Positions 17,380 through 20,000 of a DNA stretch of 20,000 nucleotides are shown here, piece by piece. The DNA comes from an uncultured virus (IMG/VR IMGVR_UViG_3300028887_000111) (lineage: Duplodnaviria; Heunggongvirae; Uroviricota; Caudoviricetes): positions 52,740-72,739 of IMG/VR virus record IMGVR_UViG_3300028887_000111. One strand, given 5' to 3'. Made by a program: the position numbers and the translations under genes. The first letter of the stretch is position 1. Every line of letters starts with the position of its first letter. The notes under the pieces are model-generated. The model searched no databases and was not told the origin of the DNA. It saw nothing but the letters and a program-made list of their open reading frames with translations.

Positions 17380-17642
17380 GGTGCTTCCTCCCTAAACGCA
17401 TCTCTATAAACTTTCAGAATATCAATAATCTCATTAATTATATCATCAGTAGACTTGCTCTTACCGTTAAAGGACATAAAAGCATCATCTATCTGCCTTA
17501 TAATATCTTTCAACACCTTATTTTCTTCTTCAAGCTTTTCGGTGTAACACTCAACTGCTTTTGCAATTAGTTTATCATGTTTAACATCTGGTTTGGCAAA
17601 TTGTCCACCAAATATATCATTCCAACTTTCAGCCATTTTCAT
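17376..17642 (-). CDS. Hypothetical coiled-coil protein, 88 aa
   Basis: ATGA overlap with the next gene; SD AAGGAG. Confidence 0.65.
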   Translation of the reverse strand: MKMAESWNDIFGGQFAKPDVKHDKLIAKAVECYTEKLEEENKVLKDIIRQIDDAFMSFNGKSKSTDDIINEIIDILKVYRDAFREEAP

Positions 17643-17685
17643 TTCTCCTTTGTTTCAAATTCGTCTTTGCCGTCTAAGACACGTT

Positions 17686-18087
17686 TTATTCATTCCAGTC
17701 TATCTTCTGACCGCAGTCAGGGCAGAATGTAACAACTGGAGCTGCTTTGCCGTTATAGATATTTGTAAAACATTTATTGCAGTTAGGACATAACGCATAA
17801 TCGCCTATGTAATGCTCTCCGTGCATATCCCATTCTTCATGCTTCACCCTGTACTTTGTGGCGGTCAATAGCTTTCTTGCTTCTTTAAGCTCATTAAGCC
17901 ACTCTGCAAGCTGTCTATGGTCTGCGGCACACTCTAAGCAGTCATTCTCCACTTTTTCTGCGAGTAGCTTTTCATACATATTGGTCTTGATTTCTTTGCA
18001 GTTCTTGTACGTTATTGAATCTATTTCATTCTGCTCCGCCACTTCAAGGCAATGCTTTATGGCTTCGTCCAATGTGAGTTCACTCAT
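17686..18087 (-). CDS. Hypothetical protein with C-terminal Zn ribbon (likely start MSELT)
   Basis: SD GAGGAGG at 18094-18100; CPNC...FCPDCGQKIDW. Confidence 0.7.
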   Translation of the reverse strand: MSELTLDEAIKHCLEVAEQNEIDSITYKNCKEIKTNMYEKLLAEKVENDCLECAADHRQLAEWLNELKEARKLLTATKYRVKHEEWDMHGEHYIGDYALCPNCNKCFTNIYNGKAAPVVTFCPDCGQKIDWNE

Positions 18088-18172
18088 CTTCATCCTCCTC
18101 ATAAAAGTGAAATTTCATGTAATTTTTAGAGCCACTTTTTGGCTATTCTACGTCGTTATTTTACCGATAAAA

Positions 18173-18775
18173 TTATTCTTTCATCTTTGACAAATGCTTT
18201 TTGTATTCTTCAGATGTTAGAATTTCATCCATAATTGGTTTTAATTCTGTTGTATTATAAGAAGCCCCACATATTCTTCTATAATTTTCGCCTACATAAT
18301 ATCCAATTGTAACCTTGCCATAATAAACATAAGACATAAGTTTAGGCGTGATTCTTTTCACAACTGGGATAGTCATATGAAATATATAATCACTATCGGT
18401 TGTAAATTCTATCCATCTGGAATACTGTTCATATCCTTCATAGCACATTCTAATTATCTCGCAAGTATCAACTTGAAAAATTTCTTTGATTTCATTTACA
18501 AGGTATTCATACGCATCTTTTTCCTTATACTTTTTACGCTTATCGTATTTTTGAGTTCTTATATCAAGCCATTCTTTTGCATCATCAAAGTAATAATCAA
18601 CCCATAAATAATTGACGTTCTTTCTGATTGTATAAGCTACATCTTCATCTGCAAGCTGACTTAGTTTCTGATGCCTTTCTAATTTTTTATGTTCATATGC
18701 TGATAGTTCTAAAGCATCTGTAATGGCTTTAACACCATCTATTGTTGTGCCATTGTAAATCGTGTCGTAATCCAC
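18173..18775 (-). CDS. Hypothetical protein, 200 aa
   Basis: GTG start with SD AAGGAGGT; low GC. Confidence 0.7.
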   Translation of the reverse strand: MDYDTIYNGTTIDGVKAITDALELSAYEHKKLERHQKLSQLADEDVAYTIRKNVNYLWVDYYFDDAKEWLDIRTQKYDKRKKYKEKDAYEYLVNEIKEIFQVDTCEIIRMCYEGYEQYSRWIEFTTDSDYIFHMTIPVVKRITPKLMSYVYYGKVTIGYYVGENYRRICGASYNTTELKPIMDEILTSEEYKKHLSKMKE

Positions 18776-18803
18776 AATAAACCTCCTTAATAAAACAAGA
18801 CTT

Positions 18804-19238
18804 TCATTTTATTGCATCACTTATAACAGATATAAAATCTGACCACTGACGCTTCTTTTTATCATTTTCAACTGTTTCATTATCATTTCGGTGATACCAA
18901 TATCCACCAGCTTTATTAAGAATATCATCTGGAAGTTTTCTATGTTTACAACATCTATATCCACGCATAATGATTTTCTTATTATTCCTATACTGAATAA
19001 AGTGAGCAATTCCGTCACAAGAAATATCTGAGTCTGATTCCGTATGATAATCTACATAATCAATTTCCAACAACTCTCTTGCTTGAAGATTTTCTTTGTA
19101 ACAATAATAACGTGAAATCCCATCATTATATATGCACTCACTTGGGCAATAAATATAGAGAACGTTGTCATCCTCGGTCTGCAAAATCAACATATCATCA
19201 AACCATCTATACATATAGTTTTTAACATTTACTCTCAT
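18804..19238 (-). CDS. Hypothetical protein, 144 aa
   Basis: SD GAGGTG; overlap with the upstream stop. Confidence 0.65.
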   Translation of the reverse strand: MRVNVKNYMYRWFDDMLILQTEDDNVLYIYCPSECIYNDGISRYYCYKENLQARELLEIDYVDYHTESDSDISCDGIAHFIQYRNNKKIIMRGYRCCKHRKLPDDILNKAGGYWYHRNDNETVENDKKKRQWSDFISVISDAIK

Positions 19239-19522
19239 AAATATCTCACCTCATGTACGGCAATATCTTTCAGCAATTCTTCATTAGAAGTCCATCGCCA
19301 AAAGCTATTACTAATCATTTCTAACTTATTTCTATAAATGTCTCTCAAATCTTCTGCCATTATCCGTTTACCACATATCCTTGCTGAGTTGCCCATACGA
19401 ATATAACTGTACATATATCTAAGAGCCTTTTCGTATTCCGAGCAAATCAGTCTAAAACCACACTGGTGACAACCCGTAAGACTCATAGGCGTGATCTCAT
19501 CATAAGGACAAACTCGTTTCAT
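19235..19522 (-). CDS. Hypothetical Cys-containing protein, 95 aa
   Basis: SD GAGGTG; CP...C..C....C. Confidence 0.6.
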   Translation of the reverse strand: MKRVCPYDEITPMSLTGCHQCGFRLICSEYEKALRYMYSYIRMGNSARICGKRIMAEDLRDIYRNKLEMISNSFWRWTSNEELLKDIAVHEVRYL

Positions 19523-19525
19523 AGT

Positions 19526-19906
19526 TTACACCTCATCGTAAAAGTCATCGTGATCAGTCGGCTCGTCAAAATAATCTGGGGCTTCGCTGCAATCATACCA
19601 ACAGTATTCGACAAGTCTTAGTTCATTAGGCATAACGATTCTGCGTTTAAGAAGTTTTCTAAACTTGCTACCATACTTTAAATACTCAGCATTGCCTAAC
19701 CGTCTTGTTCTGCCCCAATCACCTTCAGCATCATTTCTGGAAAATAGAACATAGTCAATAAAGAAATCGGATGTAGGAGCGATTTCAAACTCTGTTTTCT
19801 CAAGCAAGTCTGATATACCCCAACCGTCATCAACACCAAATATCTCACAGGCTTCTTCTTCTGATATTTTCATTCTTATGACTTTTTTGTGGCAGTAGTC
19901 ACTCAT
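19526..19906 (-). CDS. Hypothetical acidic protein, 126 aa
   Basis: SD AGGGGAG; WYDCSEAPDYFD C-terminus. Confidence 0.7.
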   Translation of the reverse strand: MSDYCHKKVIRMKISEEEACEIFGVDDGWGISDLLEKTEFEIAPTSDFFIDYVLFSRNDAEGDWGRTRRLGNAEYLKYGSKFRKLLKRRIVMPNELRLVEYCWYDCSEAPDYFDEPTDHDDFYDEV

Positions 19907-19921
19907 AATAAAACTCCCCTT

Positions 19922-20000
19922 TCATTTAGCCAGTAACTTTTGCTTTTCTTGTTCACATTTTTTAGCATCTGCTCCTGAACGGGTAAAGTCATGAGCTTTC
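19922..20000 (-). CDS. 3' end of a gene entering from beyond the window
   Basis: Open frame ...KAHDFTRSGADAKKCEQEKQKLLAK* whose TGA lies in the dyad site at 19908-19925. Confidence 0.45.
   Translation of the reverse strand, partial: KAHDFTRSGADAKKCEQEKQKLLAK

Larger units (their letters stand above)
16166..19925. repeat. Dispersed 18-bp dyad sites (ATAAAA-N6-TTTYAT), right cluster
   Basis: Copies start at 16166, 16390, 16654, 17654 and 17672 (both degenerate), 18101, 18790 and 19908. Confidence 0.85.

Noticed and set aside
697..18607. Numerous + strand ORFs in the track other than 5906-6118
   Set aside because: Antisense shadows of well-supported minus-strand genes, lacking SDs and recognisable motifs.
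472..19925. Dyad motif as intrinsic terminators or classical attC sites
   Set aside because: Arms are AT-only with no GC stem, and there are no RYYYAAC/GTTRRRY boxes or long imperfect hairpins.

Overview
Segment of a dsDNA phage or prophage, probably from a Bacillota (Firmicutes) host given the strong GGAGG Shine-Dalgarno sites and a consensus sigmaA promoter. Almost all genes are on the minus strand. A central replication/recombination core (about 7.3-14.9 kb) encodes a Sak/DUF1071-like annealing protein, SSB, a PD-(D/E)XK exonuclease, a primase-helicase and a DNA polymerase III alpha subunit. Left of it is a DNA-modification cluster (two C5-cytosine MTases, two amino-MTases, a PAPS-reductase-family protein, a PnuC-like membrane protein and a pentapeptide-repeat protein). 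Right of it is a run of small hypothetical genes. Main observation: accessory genes on both sides are delimited by a recurring 18-bp dyad (ATAAAA-N6-TTTYAT; 15 clear and 2 degenerate copies) that often contains the upstream gene's stop codon, has fixed-distance accessory motifs, and was not seen at junctions in the core. Two copies share the same 6-bp spacer in inverted orientation (perfect 16-bp inverted repeat, 5846-5861 / 6101-6116). They bound a 271-bp segment carrying the RBS and first ~68-70 codons of the PAPS-reductase gene flipped onto the + strand; flipping it back rebuilds one uninterrupted ~423-425 aa ORF. This suggests a site-specific-recombination gene-cassette system with an inversion captured in the sequence. 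No recombinase gene is present in the window.
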